Counted from the stretch's first letter, positions 6,645-16,319 are shown. The stretch: DNA of 32,779 nucleotides from Candidatus Aminicenantes bacterium (GCA_023137075.1 JAGLQA010000095.1:1-32779), one strand, 5' to 3'. Translations and numbers: made by a program. The notes: generated from the sequence alone by a model not told the origin.

Positions 6645-9167
6645 ATGTCGATGTTTAAAAAAATTGTAGAAGCTCCAAAAAACAGTAAATTTATTCTGCA
6701 GGGAAATGCGGCCTTTGCCTTAGGTGTGGTGCATGCCGGTTACCACGCCGCAGACGGCTACCCGGGTACGCCCAGTACAGAAGTTATCGATAAATCACTG
6801 GCCCATGTCCAGGATAGAATCCGGGTGGGCTGGTCGGTCAACGAAGCGGTTGCCGTCGGGGTTGCCGTGGGACGCACAATCGCCGGTTACGATACGGTGG
6901 TCACCATGAAAATTCCCGGTGTGTTCCAGGCGGGAGACGCCATCTCAACTTCGGCTTTCTATACCGCCGCTGCAGGCGCCCTGGTCATCTTTGCCGCCAC
7001 CGATTACGTTCCGTCCAGCACCCAGCATGTGATAGACGTCCGGTACTTCTTGGCCTCGGCCCGACTGCCGGTTCTGGAACCGCGTAACCACCAGGAGATG
7101 TACGAAATCGCCTGGACCGCCGCGGATATCGGCAGGACGTTCAATACACCTGTTGTTGTGCTGGCTTCCGGCATACTGACCCATTCGGAAGGACTGGTGA
7201 TAACAAAAGAACCGAGAACGATTACGCCCAAAGAAACACCGGAAAATTTGCATCAATGGATGTTGATGCCGGCCATTGCCAGGGCAAATTATAATAAGGC
7301 CACCCAGGAACGAATCCCGGCGATTCAAAAATGGATGGAAACGTCAAGCTTAGTCGAGGAGATCCCCGGTGCCGCGGATTGGGGAATCATCGCGAACGGG
7401 GAAAGCAGCATCGTTGTTCGCGAGGCATTGACATCGGTCGATTTGGACCAACAACCGTCTATTCTCACCCTGGCTGCCGCATATCCCATTCCCGGAGAAA
7501 GGATCAAAGCTTTTGCCGATAAAATAAAGGGGAAACTGTTTATCATTGAGGATGGCGATAAATTCCTTCAGGAAAAAATCCGGTTATTGGGTGTCGATAT
7601 TACCGGGAAAGATGAATTCAGTACAATCACAAACTGGTCGCCGGAAGCCGTACTGGAATTTTTGTCGCAGCATATCGACATTCACTATACGGGCAGCGAG
7701 AAAGAGATCGATATAAAGCCTCTCATGAGACCCCCATCCATCTGTCCGGGCTGCCCTTACAAAGCCTTTGCTTTGACCGTCGCTAAATTGAAAAAAAAGA
7801 AACAAATTTTTGCTGCCTTCGGCGACATCGGCTGCTCCACCCTGATATATTTTTTAAATGCCCTGGATACCGTTTGCTGTATGGGAGCGGCAGATTCCAT
7901 GAGACAGGGTTTCGTGATGTCAAAGCCGGAAATGGCTAACCGGACGATCAGTGTGATCGGCGATTCCTGCGAATGCCATTCCGGTTTGGATTCAACCCGA
8001 AACGCGGTGTTTCGAAACGTCCCGGGAGTTAAAATCATTTTAGATAACCGCATCACAGCCATGACCGGCGGCCAACCGGCCCCGAGTTCCGAAAATAATT
8101 TAGAAGGGCAGCCCCATAAGTTCAGTTTGAGAAAGGCAGTGGCAGCGGAAGTCGAACGAACCGTGACGGTTGATTCATACAATCTCAGCCAGGTTGAAAA
8201 AGAGTTAATAACGGCGCTGGAACTGGCGGAAAAAGGGGAATTCTCAGCCTTAATCCTTGAAGGCCCCTGTGTCCGGCAGGTAAAAAATAACAAAAAAACA
8301 CGAAAACTGCGATTTGACTATGACAAATGTAAAAAATGCGGCATGTGCGACATGTGCCCCGGCATCGAAACGGATGAAAAGGGCACACCCCATTTTACCA
8401 ACCGGTGTGTCGATTGCGGTTCCAATACCCAGGTCTGCATGCAGCGCTGCCCCTTCGGGGCAATCGTTCCCCTTGAAGAAGGGGCTCCTTCAGCTTCACT
8501 GGAACCGGAATTTCCGAAAGCGGAAGCAAAGCAGGCGGTTGATATAAAAACAGAAAATCTACCCGGGTCATTACGGCTTGCCATCCGGGGAATCGGCGGC
8601 CAGGGCAACCTGTTCTTCGGAAAAGTGCTCGCAGAGGTTGCCATGAGAACGCCTTATGCGGATACTCATATTGTCAAAGGCGATACCCACGGCATGGCGC
8701 AATTGGGCGGACCGGTTATTTCTACCTTTAGCTGCGGCCAGGTCTTTTCGCCTGTGCTGGCACCCCGTTCGGCCGACCTTTTAGTCGTCATGGAAGTCAG
8801 CGAAGTTTTACGGCCGGGTTTCTTAGATTTGTTAAAACCCGACGGCACGATCATTTTTAATAATTTCACGGCCTTACCGGTCACTGCCCGGAAGGAAGAT
8901 TATCCCGATCTTACAGCGGTTGAAAAAACGCTGGAAGGGTACCGGGTTATCAAAATTGATGCAAATGGAATTGCCTATGATCTGGGCGACCGGGCGGGCA
9001 GAACGGCCAACGTGGTGGTTCTCGGCTTGCTGTCAACCATCGCACCCTTTAATCATATCCCGGAAGAAGTCTGGCTCTCGGCTCTGATGGCCCTATCGCC
9101 GACTGATTTTATAAAATCGGCAAATCTAACGGCCTTTCGTGCCGGCAAAAAACACAGCCTGCAATAA
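6645..9167 (+). CDS. Indolepyruvate/2-oxoacid:ferredoxin oxidoreductase, IorA-IorB fusion
   Basis: N-terminus QGNAAFALGVVHAGYHAADGYPGTPSTEV. CPGCPY and GDIGC (TPP-binding region). A ferredoxin-like Cys cluster (CKKCGMCDMCP...CVDCGSNTQVCMQRCP). After a linker, LAIRGIGGQGNLFFGKVLAEV...GMAQLGGPV is typical of the IorB / POR-gamma domain. RBS AAGGTGAT. Confidence 0.8.
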   Translation: MSMFKKIVEAPKNSKFILQGNAAFALGVVHAGYHAADGYPGTPSTEVIDKSLAHVQDRIRVGWSVNEAVAVGVAVGRTIAGYDTVVTMKIPGVFQAGDAISTSAFYTAAAGALVIFAATDYVPSSTQHVIDVRYFLASARLPVLEPRNHQEMYEIAWTAADIGRTFNTPVVVLASGILTHSEGLVITKEPRTITPKETPENLHQWMLMPAIARANYNKATQERIPAIQKWMETSSLVEEIPGAADWGIIANGESSIVVREALTSVDLDQQPSILTLAAAYPIPGERIKAFADKIKGKLFIIEDGDKFLQEKIRLLGVDITGKDEFSTITNWSPEAVLEFLSQHIDIHYTGSEKEIDIKPLMRPPSICPGCPYKAFALTVAKLKKKKQIFAAFGDIGCSTLIYFLNALDTVCCMGAADSMRQGFVMSKPEMANRTISVIGDSCECHSGLDSTRNAVFRNVPGVKIILDNRITAMTGGQPAPSSENNLEGQPHKFSLRKAVAAEVERTVTVDSYNLSQVEKELITALELAEKGEFSALILEGPCVRQVKNNKKTRKLRFDYDKCKKCGMCDMCPGIETDEKGTPHFTNRCVDCGSNTQVCMQRCPFGAIVPLEEGAPSASLEPEFPKAEAKQAVDIKTENLPGSLRLAIRGIGGQGNLFFGKVLAEVAMRTPYADTHIVKGDTHGMAQLGGPVISTFSCGQVFSPVLAPRSADLLVVMEVSEVLRPGFLDLLKPDGTIIFNNFTALPVTARKEDYPDLTAVEKTLEGYRVIKIDANGIAYDLGDRAGRTANVVVLGLLSTIAPFNHIPEEVWLSALMALSPTDFIKSANLTAFRAGKKHSLQ

Positions 9168-9260
9168 TCAAAGTATGACAATAAATTGCTCCTGATCAAC
9201 GATATATATAATTTCTCATTAATGATGCAAATTATTTACCTGTCCCTAAACAATTTAATT

Positions 9261-10145
9261 TTATTCAACATTTTGCACTTGCTGTTTTATTTTTTCTATC
9301 TCCCGCCTGGTCTCTAAAATGGTATGAAGTACCTCCCGGGAATCGGTTTTCGAGGCGATGGTGTGGGTCTCCCGCTGCATCTCCTGGGCTAAGAAATCGG
9401 CTTCCCGGCCTTTTATCTCCGTCTTCTTATCTTTGAGCATTTCTTTCAATCTCCGGGTGTGGGTTTCTAAACGGTTGATCTCCTCGTTTATACAACTTTT
9501 ATCAGCCAGGATGGCTGCTTCCTGCAAGATTCTCTTCTCATCCATTTCATAATCCAGCAGGATTTTTTCAATCCGCTCTTTGTACTTTAAAAAGAGAGTT
9601 TGCGTGAGGTTCTCGGAATTTTTTTTGAATACTTTAATATTATTTTCAATGGTCTTGATACTGGCGAATAGATCCTTCAATATGTATCGGCCTTCCGTTT
9701 CGCGAGTATGTAAGAATTCTTTAAAAACCTTTTCTATGAAGCGTTTCATTTTATTCCACTCGGCTTCTTCAAAATTATCGGAAACATATTCGAGATGGAA
9801 TATCATGGGAATCTTCAATAAGAAATCGAGAGACAGATCGATACTTTCACCATATCGCTCCCTTATGAGATGTAATTTGTCGAGGATTTCCACCAGTAGA
9901 TTTTCGTTAAACTGAATGTTAAACCTCTTATTCCTGGAATCGAAAAGGTTGAAAATAATTTCCACTTTTCCCCTGGTAATTTTATGTTTTATGATCTCCT
10001 TCAGGAGTTTTTCGGACTTCGGCGTAATGCCCGAACCTTTAAAACTAACATCGAGAAAACGGTGATTTAAAGATTTAAAGGAAATGTATATGGAAATATC
10101 GTCAAATTCTGTCCGACCTTGCGCAAAACCTGTCATACTTTTCAT
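9261..10145 (-). CDS. yicC: YicC-family stress-induced protein
   Basis: N-terminus MKSMTGFAQG...FKSLNHRFLDV and C-terminus REIEKIKQQVQNVE are the hallmark ends of the YicC family. Confidence 0.85.
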   Translation of the reverse strand: MKSMTGFAQGRTEFDDISIYISFKSLNHRFLDVSFKGSGITPKSEKLLKEIIKHKITRGKVEIIFNLFDSRNKRFNIQFNENLLVEILDKLHLIRERYGESIDLSLDFLLKIPMIFHLEYVSDNFEEAEWNKMKRFIEKVFKEFLHTRETEGRYILKDLFASIKTIENNIKVFKKNSENLTQTLFLKYKERIEKILLDYEMDEKRILQEAAILADKSCINEEINRLETHTRRLKEMLKDKKTEIKGREADFLAQEMQRETHTIASKTDSREVLHTILETRREIEKIKQQVQNVE

Positions 10146-10147
10146 GG

Positions 10148-11950
10148 TTACATTATAATATCCATTTCAGGAAATTGCAAATTATAGAGCGAATAATAGA
10201 GTCCCCGCTTCTTCAATAGCCGGCTGTGGCTGCCGCTTTCCTTAATCTCACCTTTGCTTATGACCAGTATTTTATCCGCCTCGATAATTGTAGATAAGCG
10301 GTGGGCAATAACAAAGGTTGTTCGACCTTTCATCACATCAACCATGGCTTCCTGGATGAGTCTCTCGGATTCGGAATCCAACGATGAGGTGGCTTCATCA
10401 AAAATCAACACTTCCGGCTTTTTCAATATGGCCCGGGCAATGGATATCCGCTGCCGCTGCCCGTTGGAAAGAAATACCCCTCTTTCACCGACAACGGTGT
10501 CGTATCCCCGGGGCAGTTGGCCGATAAAATCGGCGGCCCGGGCGATTTCAGCCGATTGTTTGATTTCTTCCAGGGAATAGTTCTTTCTAGCATAGGCAAT
10601 ATTGTTCCGCACCGTGTCGTTAAATAGAAACACATCCTGGGTTACCAGGCCGATGGCATCTCGCAGGGATTTTATCGTGAAATCCCTTATGTCCCGGTTG
10701 TCTATTAATATTCGACCGGCCTCCACTTCATAGAACCGGGTTAAAAGGTTCATTAAGGTTGTTTTACCGGATCCGCTGGCGCCTACTAAAGCGATCATCT
10801 CATCGGGATTAACCGCAAAATTTACCTCTTTAATGACCGGGATATTGCTGCTGTATGAAAAGGAAACTCTTTCAAATTCGATTCTGCCTATAATATCTTT
10901 TATCTCGACAGCATCGGCTTTATCCTTTATCGGGTTTGTATTATTTATAATATAGCGAATACGCTCAAACCCTGCGATTCCCTGCTGGTAATCGTTATTT
11001 GCCTGGGAGAGTCTTTTCAGCGGGTTGTACATTAAAAAAAGGGCGGTCAGGAAGGAGAAAAATTGCCCCGGAGACATACTCCCGGAGGCAATCCGCTGTG
11101 TGCCGAGGGTAATAATAATTGCGGCTACCAACCCGCCGATGATATGCATGATGGGGGCGGCCAGCGAGTAAAGCAGCGCTATTTTCGAATTTATTTTATA
11201 ATGATTTTGGTTTAATTTCGCGAATTTTTCGATCTCGAACTCTTCCATATTATATGCTTTTACGATTTTATTCCCGGTAACGGTTTCGGTCAGAAAGTTT
11301 GAAAGCTCGGCGATGGCCTCCTGGGATTGGAGGCCTCTTTTTTTTACTTTTTTACCGAAGGCAAACATGAGCCCTGCCGCCACCGGAACAATAACAAAGG
11401 AGTAGAGTGACATCTTCCAATCCTGGTAAAACACCACTAATAATAGAGCCACAAGGGTAAAGGCTTCGCGCACATAGACGGCTAAAGTTTCGGAAACCGC
11501 AAATTTGATCTTTTCAATATCATTGGAGATGCGGGATACCAGGTCGCCGGTTTTCGCTTTGGATAGAAAATCGATGGATTGATTGACTAAGTTCCGGTAC
11601 AATCTATCCCGGATATTTCGCACTACTTTTAAGCCCAGGGTTTTCATCAAATAAAGAGAAAAGAACGAAAAGATGGCATTGCCGAGAAAGGATAGGAACA
11701 GCAGTTGGGGCAGGACGAAGCGCATTGCTTCTTTATCGATCCGTAACAGGTTTTTTATTAACTCCGGTATATACCGGGATTTCCCGGTTACCTCACCACC
11801 TCCTGCATTAAACAGTTCATCCATTACCGGTTGAATGATGAGGGGGAAAAGGGCGCTGAAAACAGCGACCATTATCAAGCAAAAAAGAGCCAGGGAAAAT
11901 CTGCGTATAAAGGGCTTTACATGGAACAGCAGGCTTTTTTCATCAATCAT
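10148..11950 (-). CDS. ABC exporter, fused permease/ATPase (MsbA-like)
   Basis: Six-TM N-terminal half. Walker A GASGSGKTT, signature LSNGQRQRISIARA, Walker B VLIFDEATSSLD. Confidence 0.85.
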   Translation of the reverse strand: MIDEKSLLFHVKPFIRRFSLALFCLIMVAVFSALFPLIIQPVMDELFNAGGGEVTGKSRYIPELIKNLLRIDKEAMRFVLPQLLFLSFLGNAIFSFFSLYLMKTLGLKVVRNIRDRLYRNLVNQSIDFLSKAKTGDLVSRISNDIEKIKFAVSETLAVYVREAFTLVALLLVVFYQDWKMSLYSFVIVPVAAGLMFAFGKKVKKRGLQSQEAIAELSNFLTETVTGNKIVKAYNMEEFEIEKFAKLNQNHYKINSKIALLYSLAAPIMHIIGGLVAAIIITLGTQRIASGSMSPGQFFSFLTALFLMYNPLKRLSQANNDYQQGIAGFERIRYIINNTNPIKDKADAVEIKDIIGRIEFERVSFSYSSNIPVIKEVNFAVNPDEMIALVGASGSGKTTLMNLLTRFYEVEAGRILIDNRDIRDFTIKSLRDAIGLVTQDVFLFNDTVRNNIAYARKNYSLEEIKQSAEIARAADFIGQLPRGYDTVVGERGVFLSNGQRQRISIARAILKKPEVLIFDEATSSLDSESERLIQEAMVDVMKGRTTFVIAHRLSTIIEADKILVISKGEIKESGSHSRLLKKRGLYYSLYNLQFPEMDIIM

Positions 11951-11995
11951 GATTGTGTCTTATAATTCCGGTAAAACATTGGTAACAAGCGATTC

Positions 11996-12799
11996 TCAGG
12001 ATTCCGATTCCCCTCTCCTGTCGGGGATACTTTCTACTTCAAAGGTAATGTTTTCTTTCCCTTTTTTTAATTTTCCACCGATATAGAAAAATAAAGGCGA
12101 TATTAAGTATAAGAAACTCACGGCAGGAATAGTATAAGAAGGGAAGTTTACAAAAAATGCAACTATAATTGCCAGAAAAAAGAGGATAATCAGCGCATAC
12201 TTTGATTTTATCTTTTTTACCGTCCGGTATTTCACATTTGAGATCATTAAAAAAGAGATAAGAATGATATAAAGCGCAAATCCGTAGGTGTCTATTTTGT
12301 CCACAAGGGGGTCTTTAAAAAGAAGCACCACGGAACAGATCGAAAGGGCTGCTAAGGGTATGGGTAACCCGATAAAAATATTAGGTGGAAAGGCATTGAC
12401 TTCCTTTAGCACATTGAATCTTGCCAGTCTGATGATACCGGAACTTAGGAAAACAAAACCAATCACTTTGCCCATCTGGGAGTATTCGCTCTGAAAGCCC
12501 CAGATGTAGATCATTACAGCACACACAAATCCAAAGGTTACACCGTCTACCAGGGAATCCAATTGTACGCCGAAATTGGATTCGGTTTTGGTTAAACGCG
12601 CCACCGTACCGTCAAAACCGTCTAAAACGGCACTGCCGATGATTAAATAGACGGCATTTATGAAATTCCCTTTAATAATCTGCATCAGGGCTAAGTAACC
12701 TAAAAAAAGACTGAGAATCGTAAATATGGACGGCAAAAAGGATATATTGATCAACTTTGAAATTTTTACCCGCCTTCGTCGTTTTAATTTATTTTTCAT
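11996..12799 (-). CDS. pssA: CDP-diacylglycerol--serine O-phosphatidyltransferase
   Basis: CDP-alcohol phosphatidyltransferase motif DGFDGTVARLTKTESNFGVQLDSLVDGVTFG. Multi-TM protein of PssA-like size and N-terminus. Confidence 0.8.
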   Translation of the reverse strand: MKNKLKRRRRVKISKLINISFLPSIFTILSLFLGYLALMQIIKGNFINAVYLIIGSAVLDGFDGTVARLTKTESNFGVQLDSLVDGVTFGFVCAVMIYIWGFQSEYSQMGKVIGFVFLSSGIIRLARFNVLKEVNAFPPNIFIGLPIPLAALSICSVVLLFKDPLVDKIDTYGFALYIILISFLMISNVKYRTVKKIKSKYALIILFFLAIIVAFFVNFPSYTIPAVSFLYLISPLFFYIGGKLKKGKENITFEVESIPDRRGESES

Positions 12800-12833
12800 T
12801 TTGTTTGCTGTAATTTTCTTCCTCCCTAAAAAA

Positions 12834-13652
12834 TCAACCTCTTCTTCTTGCTTCCCTGTTGCTTCTGCAGAAGCTCAAATAAGATTGCATATTTCTGTCT
12901 TTCCCGATTATGGTAAGGGTGGTAATGATAGATTCAATAATTGATTTTTCCAATACATCCAGCACAATATAATCGAGCCCCTTCTCGATGGCAAGAGAAA
13001 CAAAATGAGATGAGATTAAATACCTCATCGGCAGTCCCTGGGACAATACCGATAAGTTCGCGATTGTTTTTACCTGGGGAAAGTCGAGTTTAAATAGTTC
13101 GAGAGTATTCAAAAATAATTTTCCGTTCAGGAGATCTTCCTCCAATGGCCTGAGCACCGGGTCTAATAATATATTACTTCTCTTTACTCCCCGGTCTATC
13201 AAATAATCGATGAACATCTGGGCAATGAGCAAGGATTTTTCCGGTGAAAAATCATTGTTGTTGCCCTTTTCTTTCACCAGGGCCACTATCTTGACGTCTT
13301 TACCGTTCATGCTTTGAGTACTATTGAGCAGGCGGTCGATTTTTTCCAGGTCGTACTCGATATTGCCAATCACGACTTCGTTCCGGGCAATCTTTACGAC
13401 CTCTATCAGGGTATCCACGTTCCCGCTGCGAACAAGAACTTTCCCGCCGCAGCCTTCGATAATCTTGACCGCTTCTTTCAGAAAAGGCATCTCGTTGTTC
13501 ATCAGGGAATACGCATTAAGTTCGATAAATTCAGCTCCATCGGCAATCTGGGCAAGAACCTCCCGTTTAACAAATTCAAAATCCATTTTATTCATCTTAT
13601 CCAGGATTTTTTTGTTGTTCGAGTTTAATGTATTACCTATAATCGTTATCAT
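12834..13652 (-). CDS. Divergent pterin-binding (DHPS / methyl-THF methyltransferase-like) TIM-barrel protein
   Basis: The blocks appear in the same order as in pterin-binding domains. They are IIGNTLNS (IGERIN), GAEFIELNA (GADxxDVN), ILLDPVLRP (DPxxxP), ANLSVLSQGLP (GxSNxSFGLP) and AIEKGLDYIVLDV. Several normally invariant residues are replaced. Confidence 0.45.
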   Translation of the reverse strand: MITIIGNTLNSNNKKILDKMNKMDFEFVKREVLAQIADGAEFIELNAYSLMNNEMPFLKEAVKIIEGCGGKVLVRSGNVDTLIEVVKIARNEVVIGNIEYDLEKIDRLLNSTQSMNGKDVKIVALVKEKGNNNDFSPEKSLLIAQMFIDYLIDRGVKRSNILLDPVLRPLEEDLLNGKLFLNTLELFKLDFPQVKTIANLSVLSQGLPMRYLISSHFVSLAIEKGLDYIVLDVLEKSIIESIITTLTIIGKDRNMQSYLSFCRSNREARRRG

Positions 13653-13677
13653 TTTTCTTATTCGTTATAAAATGGAT

Positions 13678-14589
13678 TTAAACAGTAAAAAAATCTTTTA
13701 ATATTGAAATCACATTAAGACCTGCCCTTTCCTGGCCTTCAATAGTTGATGCGCCAAGATGAGGTGCGGGAAAAACTTTCTCATTATCGATTAACTTAAA
13801 ATTCACGGGTGGTTCTTTCTCGTACACATCGATTGCCACTGCCTTTATCTTATCTTCCTGAACTGCTGTTAATAAAGCCGTTTCATCGACCACTCCGCCG
13901 CGCGCGACATTGATCAAGACTACATTTTTTTTCATTTTATCGAATTCACTGCCGGATATTAAATTTTCAGTTGATTCCGTTAAGGGGAGATGTATCGAAA
14001 TAAAATCCGATATCGTCAATAATTCATCGAGGGTAACTTGCCTGACTTCGATATCGGTTTCAATGTCGATAGTGTCGAAATAGACGACTTTCATTCCCAT
14101 GGCAAGTTCTCTTTTTGCCACCTCTCTTCCAATCCTGCCGAAACCGATAATCCCGGCGGTTTTTCCATAAAGTTCCATGCCTTTCGAGAGGATGCCTTTT
14201 TCCCACTTATGCTCCTTCATGCTTTTGTAAGCGGGGCCGATAAATCGGCAAATTCCCAGCATGTGGGCCAGGGTATATTCCGCAACCGTAATCGAGGTGG
14301 CAAAAGGGGTGTTGCGGACTTCAATATTTCGCGATCCGGCATACGCCACATCCACATTATCGAGTCCGATACCGGCCCTGACAATAATCTTCAAATTTTG
14401 AGCGTGTTCAAGGATGTCGGATGTTAACTTTACCGCGCTCCTGACAACAGCTGCATCGTGGTTGCGGATCTCTTCTTTCAATTTATCCGGTTTCAGGGAG
14501 ATTTTTTCTACGATATCAAACTCAGGGATCTCCCTCAGAAGTTCGACGACCCTTAAGTTCAATTTATCTGCCAATAATATTCGTATCAA
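13678..14589 (-). CDS. serA: D-3-phosphoglycerate dehydrogenase-like 2-hydroxyacid dehydrogenase (short form, no ACT domain)
   Basis: VRAGIGLDNVD, NAD motif GIIGFGRIGREVA, and a catalytic-domain end with HLGAST. TTG start (14589-14587) with GGGAGAG upstream. Sits next to serC. Confidence 0.75.
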   Translation of the reverse strand: MIRILLADKLNLRVVELLREIPEFDIVEKISLKPDKLKEEIRNHDAAVVRSAVKLTSDILEHAQNLKIIVRAGIGLDNVDVAYAGSRNIEVRNTPFATSITVAEYTLAHMLGICRFIGPAYKSMKEHKWEKGILSKGMELYGKTAGIIGFGRIGREVAKRELAMGMKVVYFDTIDIETDIEVRQVTLDELLTISDFISIHLPLTESTENLISGSEFDKMKKNVVLINVARGGVVDETALLTAVQEDKIKAVAIDVYEKEPPVNFKLIDNEKVFPAPHLGASTIEGQERAGLNVISILKDFFTV

Positions 14590-14718
14590 TCAAGACTCTC
14601 CCTATCGAAAATTTTCTCAAAACAACAACTCCTTTATAAGCAAATAATCCTCCGGTATAGATTTACAAAGACCTCTATAAGAGTTAAGATTATCAGAATT
14701 TTGCCAATCTGTCAAGAA

Positions 14719-15792
14719 CTATCCGTTCTCTTGCTCGAACTTTTCCATAAATTTAACTAGTTCTTTTACTCCTGTAACAGGCATGGCGTTGTATATGGAA
14801 GCCCTGCAGCCACCGACACTGCGGTGCCCTTTTAAACCGATAAGCCCGGTCGCGGTTGCCTCTTTAATAAATTTACTTGCCAATTCCTCGGAAGTCAACC
14901 TGAATGTGACGTTCATCTTTGAACGGTCTTCAACATTTGCGGTTCCTTTGTACATAGGATAGTTGTCAATGGCTTCATACAGAAGTTTTGCCTTTTCTTT
15001 ATTGGTGGCCTCTATGGCTGAGATTCCGCCGTTCTGTTCGAGCCATTCCATAACCAGTTTGACAATGTAAATCGCAAAACAGGGTGGGGTATTCAAGACG
15101 GATTTCTTTTCCACCTGTACTTTATAACTCAGCATGGATGTGAGGTTGTCCGCACTGTTTTCGACAAGATCATTCCTGATAATGACCAGGGTAACGCCCG
15201 CGGGCCCCATATTCTTTTGCGCGCCGGCATAAATCAGGCCGAACTTTGAAATATCCAATTCCCGGCTGAAAATATCCGAAGACATATCGGCAATTAACGG
15301 CACACTGCCCGTATCCGGGAAGTTCTGCCATTGGATTCCGCCAATCGTTTCATTCGAGATGACATGCAAGTATGCTGCATCGGAAGAGAGGTTGAGGTTT
15401 TTCGGTATGTAAGAAAAATTACTATCTTCGGAGCTGCCGGCGATATTGACCGTTCCGAAGAGTTTGGCTTCTTTAATTGCTTTTTTGGCCCAGGCGCCGG
15501 TATTAACGTAATCGGCTTTTCCGTCTTTAAGCAGGTTCATCGGGATCATACCGAATTGTGTGGTTGCCCCGCCTTGCAGGAACAACACCGAGTAGTTTTC
15601 CGGTACTCCGAGCAAAGCCCGGATTTTGGTTTCCGCAGCCACCATTACCTCATCGAAATCTTTTGAGCGGTGGCTGATTTCCATAATAGAAAGCCCGATG
15701 CCTTTATAATCCAGAAGTTCGTCCTGGGCTTTCTTCATTACTTCATGGGGGAGAATTGCCGGTCCGGCATAAAAATTATACTTTTTTGACAT
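14719..15792 (-). CDS. serC: Phosphoserine aminotransferase
   Basis: YNFYAGPAILPHEV...MEISHRSKDF. The start was moved from the track's 15825 to the ATG at 15792 (MSKKYNF), which has AGGAGG 8 nt upstream and fits the promoter at 15835-15862. Confidence 0.9.
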   Translation of the reverse strand: MSKKYNFYAGPAILPHEVMKKAQDELLDYKGIGLSIMEISHRSKDFDEVMVAAETKIRALLGVPENYSVLFLQGGATTQFGMIPMNLLKDGKADYVNTGAWAKKAIKEAKLFGTVNIAGSSEDSNFSYIPKNLNLSSDAAYLHVISNETIGGIQWQNFPDTGSVPLIADMSSDIFSRELDISKFGLIYAGAQKNMGPAGVTLVIIRNDLVENSADNLTSMLSYKVQVEKKSVLNTPPCFAIYIVKLVMEWLEQNGGISAIEATNKEKAKLLYEAIDNYPMYKGTANVEDRSKMNVTFRLTSEELASKFIKEATATGLIGLKGHRSVGGCRASIYNAMPVTGVKELVKFMEKFEQENG

Positions 15793-15834
15793 GTTATAAG
15801 GTCCTCCTGATTCTAAATTTAACAACTACGCATT

Positions 15835-15862
15835 ATTATACACATATTGCAGTAGGATTCAA
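15835..15862 (-). promoter_or_regulatory. Putative promoter of the serC operon
   Basis: On the minus strand: TTGAAT (15862-15857), 16-nt spacer, TATAAT (15840-15835). Confidence 0.5.
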
Positions 15863-16037
15863 TATCTAAAGCAAAAAAAAATTGCGGGAATTTTTAATTT
15901 TTGTCAGGGATGAGCCCGGGCCTGCCCGCGAATGCCGGCAAATTTGGGCAATTATTCAGTTCAGTAAAATGCGCCCCGCGGCAGTTCATGGTTCGCTTGC
16001 CCGTCCGGGAATTGACCGGCATTTGCCGAATTTGGGG

Positions 16038-16066
16038 TTGACAGGTAGGGCGGATTATGATATTTT
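16038..16066 (+). promoter_or_regulatory. Putative promoter of tRNA-Lys
   Basis: TTGACA (16038-16043), 17-nt spacer whose last three nt (16058-16060) are TGa, then TATTTT (16061-16066). It lies about 20 nt upstream of the tRNA 5' end. Confidence 0.4.
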
Positions 16067-16085
16067 ATGGGCTGTGAGCTGAAAT

Positions 16086-16158
16086 GGTCCCTTAGCTCAA
16101 TTGGCAGAGCAATTGACTCTTAATCAATAGGTTGAAGGTTCGATTCCTTCAGGGATCA
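16086..16158 (+). tRNA. tRNA-Lys (anticodon CTT), 73 nt, no encoded CCA
   Basis: Hand-folded cloverleaf. Acceptor GGTCCCT/AGGGATC (one G-U pair), D stem GCTC/GAGC, anticodon stem ATTGA/TCAAT with loop CTCTTAA, variable loop AGGTT, T stem GAAGG/CCTTC with loop TTCGATT, discriminator A. A T8 run follows. Confidence 0.93.
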
Positions 16159-16319
16159 TTTTTTTTACCCAAAAACCATAATTCCCTGTAATCCCCCATA
16201 TCTTGAAATATCTTACCATCCATAATCTAATCGATTTTCACATAAAAATTTTATTTTCCTTGATTTTTTCCTTTTTTTATGTTACTTATCTTATAGAAGG
16301 AAATAGGAGGCCGAATAAA

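Noticed and set aside
15793-15825. Upstream start (15825) for serC given by the ORF track
   Set aside because: That start would lie within about 3 nt of the predicted transcription start and upstream of the AGGAGG site, which is correctly spaced for the ATG at 15792. SerC proteins normally begin close to the YNF(S/Y)AGPA block.
15882-16082. 66-aa ORF upstream of tRNA-Lys
   Set aside because: It overlaps the tRNA promoter, has no RBS, and its Arg/Pro/Ala-rich translation is typical of an out-of-context GC-rich spacer.
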